This document shows, piece by piece, positions 23,973 through 38,075 of a stretch of 64,000 nt of DNA. Position 1 is the stretch's first letter. Each line of letters opens with the position of its first letter. Origin of the DNA: Octopus bimaculoides (lineage: Eukaryota); the NCBI RefSeq assembly GCF_001194135.2, contig NC_068982.1:109325828-109389827 (forward strand), given 5' to 3'. Below the pieces are notes generated by a model. It did not search any database and was not told where the DNA came from. It saw only the letters and a program-made list of their open reading frames with translations. Made by a program: the position numbers and the translations under genes.

Positions 23973-25600
23973 TTTCTTTCTTTCTATAGGCAACAATTAT
24001 ATATGCAGACCAAACACACGCACGCATACACACATTTCCTTTTCTATATTGTTATTTATCCATTCAATATATAGATATCGATGAAGTATATATCAAGCAA
24101 GCATACGTACTATCGATATTATCGACTGAACATTTCAAGACAGTGCCGCAGCATATTTGCAGTCTAATGACTGGAACAACTAAAAGGCTATACATACATA
24201 NNNNNNNNNNNNNNNNNNNNNNNNNNNNNNNNNNNNNNNNNNNNNNNNNNNNNNNNNNNNNNNNNNNNNNNNNNNNNNNNNNNNNNNNNNNNNNNNNNNN
24301 NNNNNNNNNNNNNNNNNNNNNNNNNNNNNNNNNNNNNNNNNNNNNNNNNNNNNNNNNNNNNNNNNNNNNNNNNNNNNNNNNNNNNNNNNNNNNNNNNNNN
24401 NNNNNNNNNNNNNNNNNNNNNNNNNNNNNNNNNNNNNNNNNNNNNNNNNNNNNNNNNNNNNNNNNNNNNNNNNNNNNNNNNNNNNNNNNNNNNNNNNNNN
24501 NNNNNNATATATATATATATATATATATATATACCCATGTGTTTAAATATTAATGTATATATGTGTGTATATATACGCACATACATATACATACACGCGC
24601 ATGCAAACATATAAATATATATATATATTATAAATATATACACGTATACATAAGTACATTTAAAGTTTATCTATGTACAAATATATATGTGTGGTGTGTG
24701 TACTTGTGTAAGCATGCATGTGCGCGCTTGTTCGTGCGTGTATACTAAATTACAAATAGCGTATCTCCATTCATATATCTATATATATTGTCTGCAGACA
24801 ATTCATTTCGGTTTGATACGTAAAACATCAGCTTTAGATGATAATTGTTCATATTTCTAGACCGATTACTTGTGTTTGCATGTGCTGCGAACCGTATTTT
24901 GAAAAATATTAATGTGCACATATAAACACACCTATGCGTACATGAATTTGTCTGATTAGATATCTACACAATAAATTTAGCGAAAACAGCTAAATAATCT
25001 TTGTCAGTAACAGACTGGATATTTTACCGACTGATTGGTCAACTGGTTCATTGGTGGCCTTATAAAACCTTTTATGTTTCTAATCGAAGCGTTCAAAAAA
25101 GAATGCCGACCACTTTGGTTTCCGTTTGTAACAGCATTTCATGATTTTCAACGGTGAATTATTATGTCTACGAGCTGATATAATCTTCCCAGCCATCTTT
25201 TCATTTGCTTCGTTATATGTTGCTTTCAAATACTTTACCATAGGCATACATAAATAAGTTCACAATCTACGTATTTGTTGTATATGTGGTTGAGCATTGA
25301 AACTCCCTCAGATATCAGTTGCAACACATTAATATACAATAAAATTATGCCAACTGACTGTACACGCACTCACACACACACACACACGCACGCATACGCA
25401 CGCACACGCACACGCACACCCACGAACATACGCACGCACACACACATACACACACACAGACACACACACAAGCACGCACGCAATGCTGCAACTGATTTGT
25501 GAAAACCGAATAACTGGGCAGGAAATAATTCTAGATGGACAACAAGGAAATTCTTTCAGAGACAAGTCCAGTCAACAAAGGTGTTAATATACTTCCCTGT

Positions 25601-26122
25601 AAGGTGACTAAATAGCAGAATCGGTAGCACGCCGAGAAAAATTCTTAATGGTATTTCATCGAATTTTACCGACGTCGACATTGCCTTTTATCCTTTCGGG
25701 GTCGATAAGTTCCATTTAAGTACCGGGGTCTATGCAATCCACTATTCTCATCCCTCAAAATTTCAGGTCTTGTATCTGTAGTAAAAAAAATATTACTTCT
25801 CTGTAAGGCGGTGAGCTGGTAGAATCATTAGCACATCGTGCAAAAGGATTAGCGGCATTTGCCTTCAATTCTTTCGTGGTCAGTCGATAAACTAAGTACC
25901 AGTTGATTGATGGAGCTGACGTAATCGACTTACTCCCTCTTCCAAAATTGCTGGCCTTGTGCCAAAAATTTGAAACCAATATTACTTCCCCGTGTGAAGG
26001 CAACGACTTTGCCTTTCATCCTTTTGGGGTAGATAAAATAAGTGTTAGTTGAACACAGGGGTCGATTTAATCGACACACCCTCTCCCCCGAGCTTGGACT
26101 TGTGTCAACATTTGAAACCAAT
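25601..26122 (+). mobile_element. Head-to-tail trimer of SINE family 1
   Basis: Copies start at 25601, 25805 and ~25996 (first and third internally deleted); each preceded by a near-identical spacer tat(t)acttcyc.gt. Confidence 0.88.
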
Positions 26123-26309
26123 ATAAGTCATGTATATTTATGTGCACATATACTGAATTTTACGAAGAATAAGTTAGACAAACTCCAAAGGAAGAATATA
26201 TCTCATAATGCTCTTGCAGTGCCAATGCTAGAAAGTAAGAGAACGTACTTACAGGCAAAATTTTCAAAATGTTTTATGTATTATTTCAATTTTATAAGTG
26301 GCTTGTAAT

Positions 26310-26600
26310 TGTAATTTCCTCCTGGATTTCTGAATCCCTGCTTCTCAAGATCGGTGCTGAAGTAATTACATTACCATATACTTCAATACTCATAGGTATA
26401 GATCTAAAGTTATTGTCTGAGTTAATATCTACTGATGCTAAATTCGCTATACAAGTTTTTTTCTATTTATCTTTAACATCTGCTGCACATCTGATTGCTA
26501 TAACTGAGCACATTTTCTTTTCACTACCACATATTGTTCTTAATTTGTTTTGCTCATATTCTACAAAGGTTTTGACAGGGATATTCCTATAGCATTCTTA
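26310..26600 (-). pseudogene. Decayed RLE-endonuclease fragment of an R2/R4/NeSL-type LINE
   Basis: RNIPVKTFV...EKKMCSVIAIRCAADV...FRSIPMSIEVYGNV aligns to WNVPIKTSI...EEKLCTVVDISCPADV...FRFIPVIVGALEYV at 53671-53947. Confidence 0.65.
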
Positions 26601-27239
26601 TTAGGCGTGGGTATATAGGAATTTATGAATATGTGGCTCAATGCGTGCATAGATCCTCTCAGTATCACTGCTGGTATAGAAGTAAACAGTGGTGGCTAGT
26701 ATTTACTTCATCTTAATGCCAAGTTGCAAATCTCTGTTACTGTACCGTCTAGTGTGTCAACTATTTGTATTTGTAAGGAAACTGTAAAAATATTAAGTTA
26801 TTCTTCACAGAATTCGAGCCAATAAGTAACGGACTGAGGACTTGTCTCTTCGAGAAAATCTATTGTGAATATATAGGTGAGTTAACATGTACATATATGT
26901 AGGCTCATATGAAAATATTTTAGCTCTTATGTAATGGATGTGCATGTATCTTCAGTACCCACGAGTGTGTGTTTACTACCCTTTAAGTATGTGTACGTAT
27001 GCTATATGATTCTGCGATTGTGTATACATTCATTTCAAGAAGCTCAAATGAAGAATCCTTGGGATATTTTCTACTTATCTACATTGGACAATTAATCAAT
27101 TGTATTTGAGGACACGAGTGAGTTTCTTTTGTTCTTTCTCGGAGAACCTTAATATTCTAAAGTTTTTAAGCAAGTCGGCTGTTATACAGCTCAGTTCACC
27201 TATAATAATAAATGTAAACGAAAATCTATAGCCTGTACG

Positions 27240-27580
27240 TTTTTTTTTTATTTGTTCACCATAGTTCTGTTTTTCTCCAATATTTTAGTTGAAAGATTTC
27301 CATTGAATGGGTAGCTCATCTGTCTAACAGTGCGTTATTTTTGCTCCCAGTCTCATAGAACAGTGTCTGGCCTATTTGTATTCAATTAGATTGCTGTTTT
27401 TATTGGAATGTTCCTTCAGTTCCTTTATTTTGAACGTTATGGATACATCCGGTCTTTGTGTGCTTTGGTGTGGCTGTCAGAGCACTTCATCTTGTAGATG
27501 ATTTTAGTGACAATGTTGTGTCTCATGCGAAGGTAGTATTTGGCGTGCATTTTGTGGTAAGCTGCTTGATCCGTCTGTTA
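27240..27580 (-). pseudogene. Decayed zinc-knuckle/RLE fragment of the same LINE family as 53671-53947
   Basis: Minus strand: YYLRMRHNIVTKIIYK...NIPIKTAI*LNTNRPDTVL.DWEQK..TV...SYPF..NLSTKILEK. Confidence 0.65.
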
Positions 27581-27653
27581 CTACACAAAGAAGCCGTTCC
27601 ACATTTTACTTCTGCCTAACATCATTATCATCATCGAAATTTCTCACACAGAG

Positions 27654-27826
<173 letters not shown>

Positions 27827-28739
27827 TATGAAGCTAAATGAAACAACGTACACGTTTAATTATTAACGAAAATATAAACGTAATTTATAAGGTAAATTGA
27901 AAGAAATCGTTTTTCCCCCTCATAATATTCATTCAGATGTAAATCTCATTGGATTCGGTTTTTTTCTGTCAATACAAACATCGCATTGGTCGGGACAGAT
28001 ATGTAAAGATGAGGTTATTGATCTAAAAATAATTTGGTTAATCAATGGTTTATTGAGTTCAAAAATGTAGGTGTGTGAAAAAAATCTGAAATAATTCGAT
28101 GCGTGTCTTAAGGATATTTGTGCATAGCAGTTAGATAGATTGTCAATATTTTTATGTTGCTGAGTTGCACTTTGAATTCTCACCTTTTCTGGTTCATTAT
28201 AAATTTTCAATGTTAAAACGTATTTTTGCTGTTCAGTAATGCATTTTTGCAGCTGTGTCTATCACTACAGCTAATCGTATAAATGATTATTATGTTCATA
28301 TATATAAAAATAAATGTCTATTTGAAACTCAAACTAAAATGAATACGTTTCAAACGCTGACATTACATAAAATAAATGAAAAAAACCCCCAGAAAATGAT
28401 TAGCCATAAATATCTGAGAGTTAAAAAGTACAGGACGTCAGAGATTTGTGACAATACCAATTTCACATGCATTTGTGAAGTAAATGAAATAGCCACAACT
28501 GGGAATAGAAATAGACTTTGCATGCTTGGAGCTTACTGTACGTAGGAGTTTAGTAATATTACATTGCACATTAATAAACATGCGCATGCATACCTTTGTA
28601 TGTGTGTGTTTGTTTGTTTGTGTGTGTGTGTATGCACGTACATACATTCATGCATGTACATATCTTTGTGCATACATAGTGTAGATGGAGTTCTAATCCC
28701 TTTTATGATGACTGATAAGTCATGGCGAGGTTTAAACTC

Positions 28740-28880
28740 AGAAAACAACCTAACGGTTTCACAAGTCCATTGTTTTATACTAGCACTTTGTTTATCGATT
28801 CCAAAAGCATGAAAGGCAACGTGATCCACAAAGAATTTTGAACCCAAAACACTTATGCCAATTTGCCAATTTGCCAATTC
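28740..28880 (-). mobile_element. Degenerate SINE family 1 copy
   Basis: Minus strand retains gggttcaaaattc...cgttgcctttcatgcttttggaatcgataaa. Confidence 0.7.
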
Positions 28881-28883
28881 TAT

Positions 28884-28884
<1 letters not shown>

Positions 28885-28979
<95 letters not shown>

Positions 28980-28980
28980 T
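28885..28980. repeat. (TAC)n-(TGC)n-(TAC)n microsatellite
   Basis: Directly visible. Confidence 0.97.
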
Positions 28981-29192
28981 TTAAAAACAATCCCCTTGCA
29001 ACTTAGAGTTTCGTAGGCTTGTGACAAGAAGCTAGATCGTTGCTTGAAAGCTGACGAGCTGGGCTGTGCCTCTTTCTTTCGTTTTCCCACTCGTATATAT
29101 ATATAATGGACCTTCCGTGGTCCATAAAATAAAGTTTATATTGTTGAAGTTATCGACTATCCCCTTCCCTCAAAATTCCAAACTCTGTACGT

Positions 29193-29224
29193 ATTATTAT
29201 TATTATTATTGTTATTATTATTAC

Positions 29225-29267
<43 letters not shown>

Positions 29268-29268
29268 T
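29193..29268. repeat. (TAT)n microsatellite
   Basis: Directly visible. Confidence 0.97.
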
Positions 29269-29869
29269 TATACGTTTAGGGTAATATCTTCCTAGATGAT
29301 GCCCTAAACTTTAACTCGTTGGAAACGCTTAAACTGGACTGTAAAGGGCCAGTCTTGTCACACACATCGGTTCATGATAATTCTGCCGGAGGAGTACTCA
29401 GCGACTTACACTCTAATTCCAAGAATAGGTTTTTCATTTGATTGGATAACTGGAATATTCGCAGTCAAATGTGGCGGTGATTCCTTTACTTCTGTATATC
29501 TGTATAATAATATGATAGATATAAAAAAATATCGGCGAAATCATGACGGAAAATAAATCAGGAACATATTTTAAAATAAATAGACATATTTTACATAAAA
29601 TTATGTATTACCATCAAGTAAACTATGAAAAATCTGTTTGAAAATGACCGTCTCATTAGAAAAAAGAGTGAAGTGAAGAAATATCAGGTTTTGAATTAAG
29701 GCTGTTGAAAATTTCATTCAAGAATCCTTAAACATACGAATTTAAAGTGAAAACCAAAACAGAGACAGAGTTTACCAAACCATTATTATTTAGTGTATCT
29801 CATCATACGAGAATCAGGATCATAACATTTTAATCTCCAGGCGATTGATGTAATGGTTCTTGACTCATT

Positions 29870-29909
<40 letters not shown>

Positions 29910-30499
29910 TTCGCATTACGTTGAGAAGCAGAGCACGGTACCAGAATTTTGGACTCGGATGAAATATAACAGACTGCTCCAAATCGTTCTTGGGATATTC
30001 GAATAAGTGGAGCATGGGCTGGCTAGTTTGTGCTGGCATCGATATGTAAAAGCTGTAATAAGGGAATCTCCATGCATATATATATATANNNNNNNNNNNN
30101 NNNNNNNNNNNNNNNNNNNNNNNNNNNNNNNNNNNNNNNNNNNNNNNNNNNNNNNNNNNNNNNNNNNNNNNNNNNNNNNNNNAAATAATAAAGGTGGCTT
30201 ATTCGCAATTTATAACCGAACGGCAGAACTATAGACGTCACTAAAGTGATAAAGAGTACTAGTTAGCACAGAATTGCTAGAAATAAGAGTCAAAAGCATT
30301 TATAACCACGATGAAGCACTTATCTTATGACTGACAAGGGAGGCAAGCTTAAAAATGGATATAATTCTAAACAAAATGAGGTGATCACGATTGGAACACC
30401 TTTAATCATAAGTCTGTTCAATCAGGGTTGATCTAAACATCAACAATAACATCGATGTAATGAAGCCAAAATATATTTATATTTGTTGAGGCATGCATG

Positions 30500-30720
30500 G
30501 AAATGAGGTAAAGAAATTTACTCTGCAACTATATTTTTCGACTTCGATCCGGCTACTCGGCATGTGTGCATGTGTGTCACTGCTTGTGTTCTTGTAGTGA
30601 AACAAATAGATATCGACAAAATAAGTAACAGACTGAAATAAGTTCATGGTTGTAATATGATCGATTAAATCCTTGATATCGGTACTGCAGCAGTTCAGTG
30701 ATTTACATCCATAAAATAAT
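30500..30720 (+). mobile_element. Degenerate SINE family 2 copy
   Basis: atatcgacaaaataagtaacagactgaaataagttc...tcgattaaatccttga matches the tail of 40187-40580. Confidence 0.55.
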
Positions 30721-32384
30721 AAAAGTTGTATAATACTATTTAACCTGTTGTTTTGTGAACAATTATACTTTCTTATACAAATAGAATAAACGATAAATAA
30801 CTATAATCCTTGATAGAACCAAGTTATTATTCTTAAAAACTGAACTTCACTTGTGCTATTTCCACGTAAGAAATTATAAGAAATTCAGTTATATAGTTGT
30901 TGCATATCCATGATTATATTTGTGTACTTGTACATCTGTAGCAATAGATGTATAACTTTAGCATAAGTGGTTGTTTTCTGAAAAAATTACTATTTCATAG
31001 TAATAATTTTAATAATGCTTAGTAAGATTGTACGTATGCTTATAAATTGAACCAAAGTGATACAATTACAAATATATAGCAATCAATTTCTTATCTTGAA
31101 ACATATCAATACGTTTAACTCAATTTACTTCTTGAATATTGAGAAATCTGCACATAGCATATACTGGTTAAATGTGAGTGTGCTTGTGCACGCACGTGTG
31201 CGTAGGAGGTGGGATTCAAATTGACATTTTAGAATAAGCAAAACAGTATCTAAACATCTAAACATTGATGTGCGGATTCCCTAGTTTTCTTATAAAGAAA
31301 CTAGATAAATATCTGAATTTAGATTTTAAAGTAACACAATATATATATGTATATCTCCTGAAAAATTCAATAAATTTCAGTAATAAGTAGATAAGAAACC
31401 GGCATTTCAAATTCCGTATCTCATACTGTACTGCTTTTTAAAGAAAGAATGAGGAGACCTGTTCAGAAGTGAACTACTGAAATAACTGAAAATAATTAAC
31501 ATATAACTAAAATAACTGAAAATAATTTAACATTGCGGACGTCGAACCTAACCATAAGAGAAAGAATGTAAGACAATATTTTCTAGTATCATTGTTTAAT
31601 GTAATGAAACTTCTTTCAGAAACAGTTTATAACATTCTAATGAATATCCAATACTTGCTTCAGTAAAATAAAGATCAAAGGCTTGAGTTATGATACCTTA
31701 GAGAATATTTTTATAGCATACAATATATTTTCTGCAAGTGATTCATGTGAAATCTTCACCGACGACTAATGCTGAACTTGTTTTATCCAAATGTTGCAAT
31801 TTTGTTAAGTTAGCAAGTAACGTCATTGATATATTAACTGTAGTAGAGTTTTAACGTTTACAGACAATTCGATAGTATGTTATTGTGAATGATATCTCAT
31901 CACTATTATCTGTCACACTAAATAGTAAAATGAACGAAGACTTCTTTTTTTAAATATCCAAGATCTCTGTCATGTAAAACCAATTCCCAATGAAATCAAC
32001 AAGTACCACAAATATATCCTATACCATGATATTATAGTCATGTGTGAAAATAATAATAGAAAGAAGTGGGAGATTTTGAAAGGAATAAAGAACTAAAAGA
32101 AAAAATGACAAGAAAATGAAGGAGGATTTGAAAGAACATTTAGGAAAAAGAGAAAAAAACGAAAATGTAAGGAATAAGCATAAACAGTTATAATTAAGAA
32201 AATAACGAAGATAGCATTTGAGATAAATATATGAAGGTTGAGAGAGTGAGAGTGAAAGAGGCAAAGTGAAAGATAGATAAAATATAAAGAATGTGTAAAG
32301 GCGCAAAGACAAAAATACCGAAGAAAAAAGTACATGAAGGAGGTAGTAGGGGAAAAAAGGGATTATATGTATATAAGCATATGT

Positions 32385-32505
32385 GAATGTCTCCGTGTAT
32401 ATATATGCATATATATAGATATATATATATACACACATATGTACAAATGTACATACCTGTATAAATGTACAAACCTGTGTATATATACATATGTGTGTGT
32501 GTACG

Positions 32506-32537
<32 letters not shown>

Positions 32538-32556
32538 TATACGTATATATATACGG

Positions 32557-32590
<34 letters not shown>

Positions 32591-32765
32591 ATTTGTGTGT
32601 GTATGTATCTATATATGTATATGTATATATGCATGTATATGTGTGTACGTATGTTTGTGTTTCAGTGCATATGTGTGTATGTGTGAGTGTATGTATGTGA
32701 GCGTATGTGTGTGTGTGTGTATGTGTGTGTGCATGTGTGTGTGTGTGTGTGTGCGTAAACTATAT
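32385..32765. repeat. Long degenerate (TA/TG)n low-complexity tract
   Basis: Directly visible. Confidence 0.95.
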
Positions 32766-34429
32766 ATGTACCTATATCGATGAGTTTGTTCTCGTGTATA
32801 TTTGCGTGGTAAGGAGAGAACCAGCGATAGATAGAGAGGACGTGATCGAGCGCGAGTGAATGAGAGAGTGTAGGAGATAGTAAATGGAGAGCACGGTTTT
32901 AAATAAAGAAAATAAATAAATTAGACGAATGAGCGAAAAAATGTACTAGTTGGTTTTTAGGAAAAAATGTTTCTTCAGTGCACATTGATCACGTGGTGAG
33001 GGTATGGCACCGTAACCTGCAGTTCATGCAAATTTCTAAATCGTTAATGCAGTTGTTGTTGCTGCTATTACTGTATTGGTTACTGTTGTAATCTTACCGA
33101 AACTTAAGCGAGTAAAAGATCCAAGCAAACTGCATATTTTACGTTTTATTTTGTGTGCGTACTGTTGTATGTATATCGATGACTGTTTGCTATTCTCTGT
33201 TCGTGTGTTTATGTTTGTTGTATCCTTACACTTCTAGAAACCTTTTTCAGAAATAGGAAGTAGAAAGCGTTAGCAAATAACTTAATAACTAAAAGATAGA
33301 AAGATTGAGACACAGTTTGGTGTTTTTTGTTTGTTTTATTTTGGTAATTTTACCCTTGTCTATTTTCATACATTCAGTTCCAAATAAAAATGCTTTGGCT
33401 TGCTACGAAGAAAGTCTTTGACATTTTCCTATGATACTTGCCTTCGGCTAAAGAATTGGCGTCGTCTTTGGTTGGTTTATTGTTTTTGTTAATTGTTAAC
33501 TGCTATTGGAGTTATTTATATTGTTGCTCTCGTTGCTCCGAGTGCTAATATTGTTGATCTCTCGCATTTGTTGTTTATTATTGTTACAGTACTGTTATTA
33601 ATATTGCAATTCTTTTCTGTATTAAAGAAGTCATGGCGTAGATGGATTCTGATTCTTGTCAAAACACACTCACTCATACACACACACACACGCACGCACG
33701 CACGCACGCACACACACACGTACATACGTACGCACACATACACTTACATTCTCTCTCATTCAAACATCCGCAGTTGTGACGTGACTAACGCTATCACAAA
33801 TTTATTTAAAATATTGCCCTTTTAAAATAAAATAGTCGTGAATAGGGAAACATTGCCATAACCCTTCAAGTATCTCTTGCACTGATGTATAGCAGATTGA
33901 TTAGGTTGATACTGTTAATGTTGTGTCTAGATATTTACAAGCTGTGAGAGGAATAGATGTGGAAGAAATTACAAAGAACTTTATTCCTAAGGAAAACTAT
34001 TAGAAAAAGTTCTTAGTGCGATGTTGAGAGATTGTGGCATAATCAGTTTGACAGAAAATGATATATGGGAGAAAGAACTGAGTTTAGGCAGAGCATATAA
34101 ATTGAATTTCAGAAGAGCAGGGATCCTTATACTGGCAGTTGAAAACACCTAAAACATCTAGAATAAAAAAAACAAAAAAAACTCGATGATAAGTTTGTAG
34201 TTGATGAATAGTAACTTGTGCAGGTTTGCTTATCAGGTAGTGTGTATTGCATGGTTGTTGCACCGCTCAGATGTATGATCAATATTACAGGGATGTGATG
34301 TTTCCTTTATGTATGAATGCAAACTGTCATATACAGTGGCGAATGAATCACTATACTGAAAAATGAAAGTGTGTCAACCTACGTCACGATGAAGCAACTT
34401 GACACAAAGTTGCCTAAGAAAGGGTGAAG

Positions 34430-34860
34430 ATATTCATATTAGACACGGTTGAAAGCTTTTGTCGGACATCAGTAGTCGTAGAAAAATATCCTTGAAACAA
34501 AGGAAGAAAAGTTTACAATAGATGTCATTCAGTGATAGAGTTACTGCCAGTACTGTTTGACCAGACCTATATTGGTGGCATTCCCAGTCAGATACGGCTC
34601 TTCCATCTCTATCCGGACACAATGTAGCTCTCGTTCTTTGTCATCCGTCTTTCTTGAGAGAAGATGGAGTTTTGTACCATGTAAGTCAGGATTTGACCTC
34701 AATCACAATATGAGAGACGCAACTCCATCCTGTATTGTTGCTGGTACCTTCTACAGTTGTAGTGAAGCGACCTCTTTAGAATTCAAATCTCGATTGAGTG
34801 TATAGAGATCATGGGTTGCCCAGAATCGAGAATCTCCATATCTATCTCGTATGTTGACAT
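34430..34860 (-). pseudogene. Possible decayed APE endonuclease of an L1/Tx1-type LINE
   Basis: Minus-strand fragments NRDLNSKEVASLQ, DRDGRAV and ..FNRVLN loosely fit the RDL....D.AA.QET, D..GR, GDFN.VL order of Tx1-like endonucleases. Confidence 0.3.
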
Positions 34861-36044
34861 CAGTTTGACTGCTGGGGTTGACGGAAGACAATCACATCAA
34901 ACACGAGAACTCCATAGGGGTTTTACACCAAGATTATTAAAAAGTTTAGTCTCTAGCCTTTGTTCAATAAAACAGTAATTCTATTTATCCACAACTACTG
35001 ATCTGTAACCATGGAAATTGGCCTATATCATATACTGTCGGCCGGAGTCAGTTGATCGCAGGACTCGTATCGGGTAGAATAGTCACATCTTGAAGTAGTG
35101 ATTAAAATCACTACAAATTACCAAAATAATGTATGTAGGACTATATTATCTAGTATTGTCCTAAATATATAATACTTTTCTCTTATTTTAAGACGATGGG
35201 TTGTGATTTTACAGATAGATAGCAGCTATTTCTAGTAAGACAATCTATCATGTATCTTAAGTAGCTCAGTGAAAACTAAATTTGTGTTAATAATAGTATA
35301 TCTAATCGAGCAGACCTGTGATTAAAGGCATTGAAAGATTTTCTTTCTTGGATATAAACTCATTATTTAGAGCCTTGATATAGTGGTAAAGCCTAAATCA
35401 GCGGTTCTTATCTTGTGTGCTAGCTACCTTTGGAGATAGAAAGTAGAAAAAGGGTGCTACGAGGTCGTTGGATGTTTAGCAAGTCGTAACGTTTCATAAG
35501 AATAAAAATATATAAGCAGTTGCATCAAAAGAAAGCCATTATAGGCATTTAATATCACGTAAGATCATTAAATTTTTTCGTGGCCGTCTAGATATTTTTA
35601 TGTGTTATCATATAGCTTTTACTGGGAATATCAATGTAATATTTTTTATTTGTATCGAGAAATCGATTGCAATTACTTTCTCCTTTTGAATCACACCTTT
35701 TAACAGTCCAAGTGCGATAAAATGTTACCAATTAAGTACTGGTATTAACATAATCAACTACTCTCTCTCTCCCTTCCCCTCTCTTTCTCTTTCTTTCTCT
35801 CTCACTAAGTTTGTATCTGTAGGCATAAGGTAAAAAATTAATATTATGGTCATATAATATTTCATTGGTTGATAACAGAAAGATGATGCTTTGAAGGTAA
35901 CTATAGATGATGGTAATCTCTCGTAGTCCGAGAAAGGCGGCTCTGTAATTTCTTGCTGAACAACCTGCACAAATGATTTGTTTATAGTGATAAAATGTTT
36001 GTGCTATACATTGCCTGAATAAGTGCGCAGTGTACCACACCGTG

Positions 36045-36176
36045 TACCAGGTGTCGAAGTGATCACAGAACGACTTGAGATGAAATGTTTTGCTCAAGAG
36101 CACAACGCACTATACCGTCCAAGAATTGAAACCTCGATCTCGCGAGCAACACAACCATTACGCTATGCGCCTTCAC
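36045..36176 (-). mobile_element. SINE family 3 copy (CORE/V-like)
   Basis: atgaaatgttttgctcaagagcacaacgcac...aattgaaacc..gatc...atgcgccttca parallels 21360-21471. Confidence 0.75.
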
Positions 36177-37909
36177 AAATATAGATACTCAATTGTAATA
36201 AACATTTTATACATATTATCTATGGAAATGGCGTAGGGATGCATGAATTGATCATCTGCTTAACATTTCCGTTTAGGTCTCTAAAACTGAAATTATTGAA
36301 ATTATGCCAGGGAAGAATTTCTTTTTGTTTGACCAAGTTTAATAGTTAAGAAAAACCTATTGCATATCAGTATTTAGTTCGAATATATTCACTTTCCTTT
36401 CAGGAAAGCCTTTACATGTGAGGAAATATTCGAACTGCTAGAAATAGCAGCCATATTTTTCTCAAAATTCTTCACCTCTTAAATAAGCATTGTACTCTCT
36501 ATTATATTAAACAGCAGGGATAGTCACGATTGGAATAACTTTGATCATTTCTCTGCTCGAACAGAGTTGAGTTGGGTGTAAAAATCACGTATTGTAATCT
36601 CCTCAAATAATTCACAAAGTGTCCATACATTTGCTCAGTCAATTTTTTTTAAACAGTAGATCTTAATTCTTATCCTAATCTTTCACATGTTTTTCGTTTC
36701 CAATATTAAAATCTATTGTTTTAAAACTTAGTTCTTCATTATTCCTTTTTGGAAGATTACTGCATCTTTGGAATATTTCTCTTTCTCTACAATATTATTC
36801 TCAATATTTGTAACCTTCACATACTCTAATTAGCTTATCTGTTGTTCTTTTTTTATGATATTGTATATTTAGCATTTAATATCATTAGTAATAATAAAAG
36901 AAAGAAAACAAATTCCTTTGAAGTGTTTATGTGAATTTGTGAGCGCGCACACACACAACACGCACATACACACAACACATACACAACACACACGTAACGT
37001 TTATGATATTATTAACAGCTGCTATATTATCAACAAAGACAACATCACGGTGACGTAAACAACGAGAAAAAAGAACGTCGATATTTAGAATCCTATTTAT
37101 GATGGCAATGATGGCTATAAAAAAACGGCAGCAATAATGGTGGATACGAGAATGACAATACAAACGACAATGAAGATGATTATGATGAAGAGAAAAAGAA
37201 GGAAGTCTATGAGGTTGATGACAATGATGACAACTGCAACAAAGACAATCGTGACTGAAAGGCTTTTCACAAAGGAACCATTGTGCCAGTTGAGGAAGAC
37301 ATATGTAATTTTCTCTTGGTAGTCTCCAGTAAAGAATTTAAGCAATGACAGATGTGAATGCGAATTAATTCAGAATTCCAGGTATATCTTCTTCAACTAC
37401 TGTATTGTTCAAACATGCACATCTACTTGGACACCAGTAGGTGGTGATAATGAAGATAATGGATTGGTACGAGAGAAGATAAAATTAAAACAAATCGTTT
37501 AGTTGGTTGACTATTCCATCGTGATTAGATAAGGTTTTGGAATAAAATCAACGGAGGTGAGATAGAAGAAGAGTATAGAACAATATCGATCCGTTTGTAT
37601 CCTATAGAGAGTGATGGTCTAGTAGTTTGCCAAGCTATAAACATGGAAAAAGCAACAAAAATAAAACACACACAAAAAAGCCAGTTTCTCCCAGATTTAC
37701 TTGGTAAAAAGAAATATAATACCAATGATGATAATAGACTTTCTCATCCAGAACAACGAATGAGCGCCCAGTTGTTCGATCAACTGAAATATATACTAAA
37801 TTAGCGTGTAAGTGGCTAAATGTTCCACTGACACGTTCTCTCTTAACGTAATTTTCAAGTAGAATTGGCGTGGCATAGTGTGAAAAATTGGAGTTTTCAA
37901 TTACAGGTG

Positions 37910-38075
37910 CTGCCCATCCATTGGGCTTCCATGCAGTTTCCATTTCCTTAGTTTCACTCACAGGAATGGGTCAAATCGAAGATATGGTAAAGAAAGAAAA
38001 AAAACCTTGCCAATATGCTACGCAATAGAAACGAACCTGAAACTTCATGTTTGCGAAGCAAATTTCTAAACAGTC
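37910..38075 (-). mobile_element. SINE family 2, 5' part
   Basis: gggcttccatgcagtttcc...tttcactcaca..aatgggtc...gatatggtaaagaaaga...ccttgccaa matches 39738-39818. Confidence 0.6.

Noticed and set aside
33493-33825. Hydrophobic 110-aa ORF resembling a membrane protein
   Set aside because: TTG start, T-rich low-complexity codons and a microsatellite tail; no recognisable family.
36990-37260. Acidic D/E/N-rich reading frame
   Set aside because: Degenerate (GAT/AAT)n repeat; no start or splice context.
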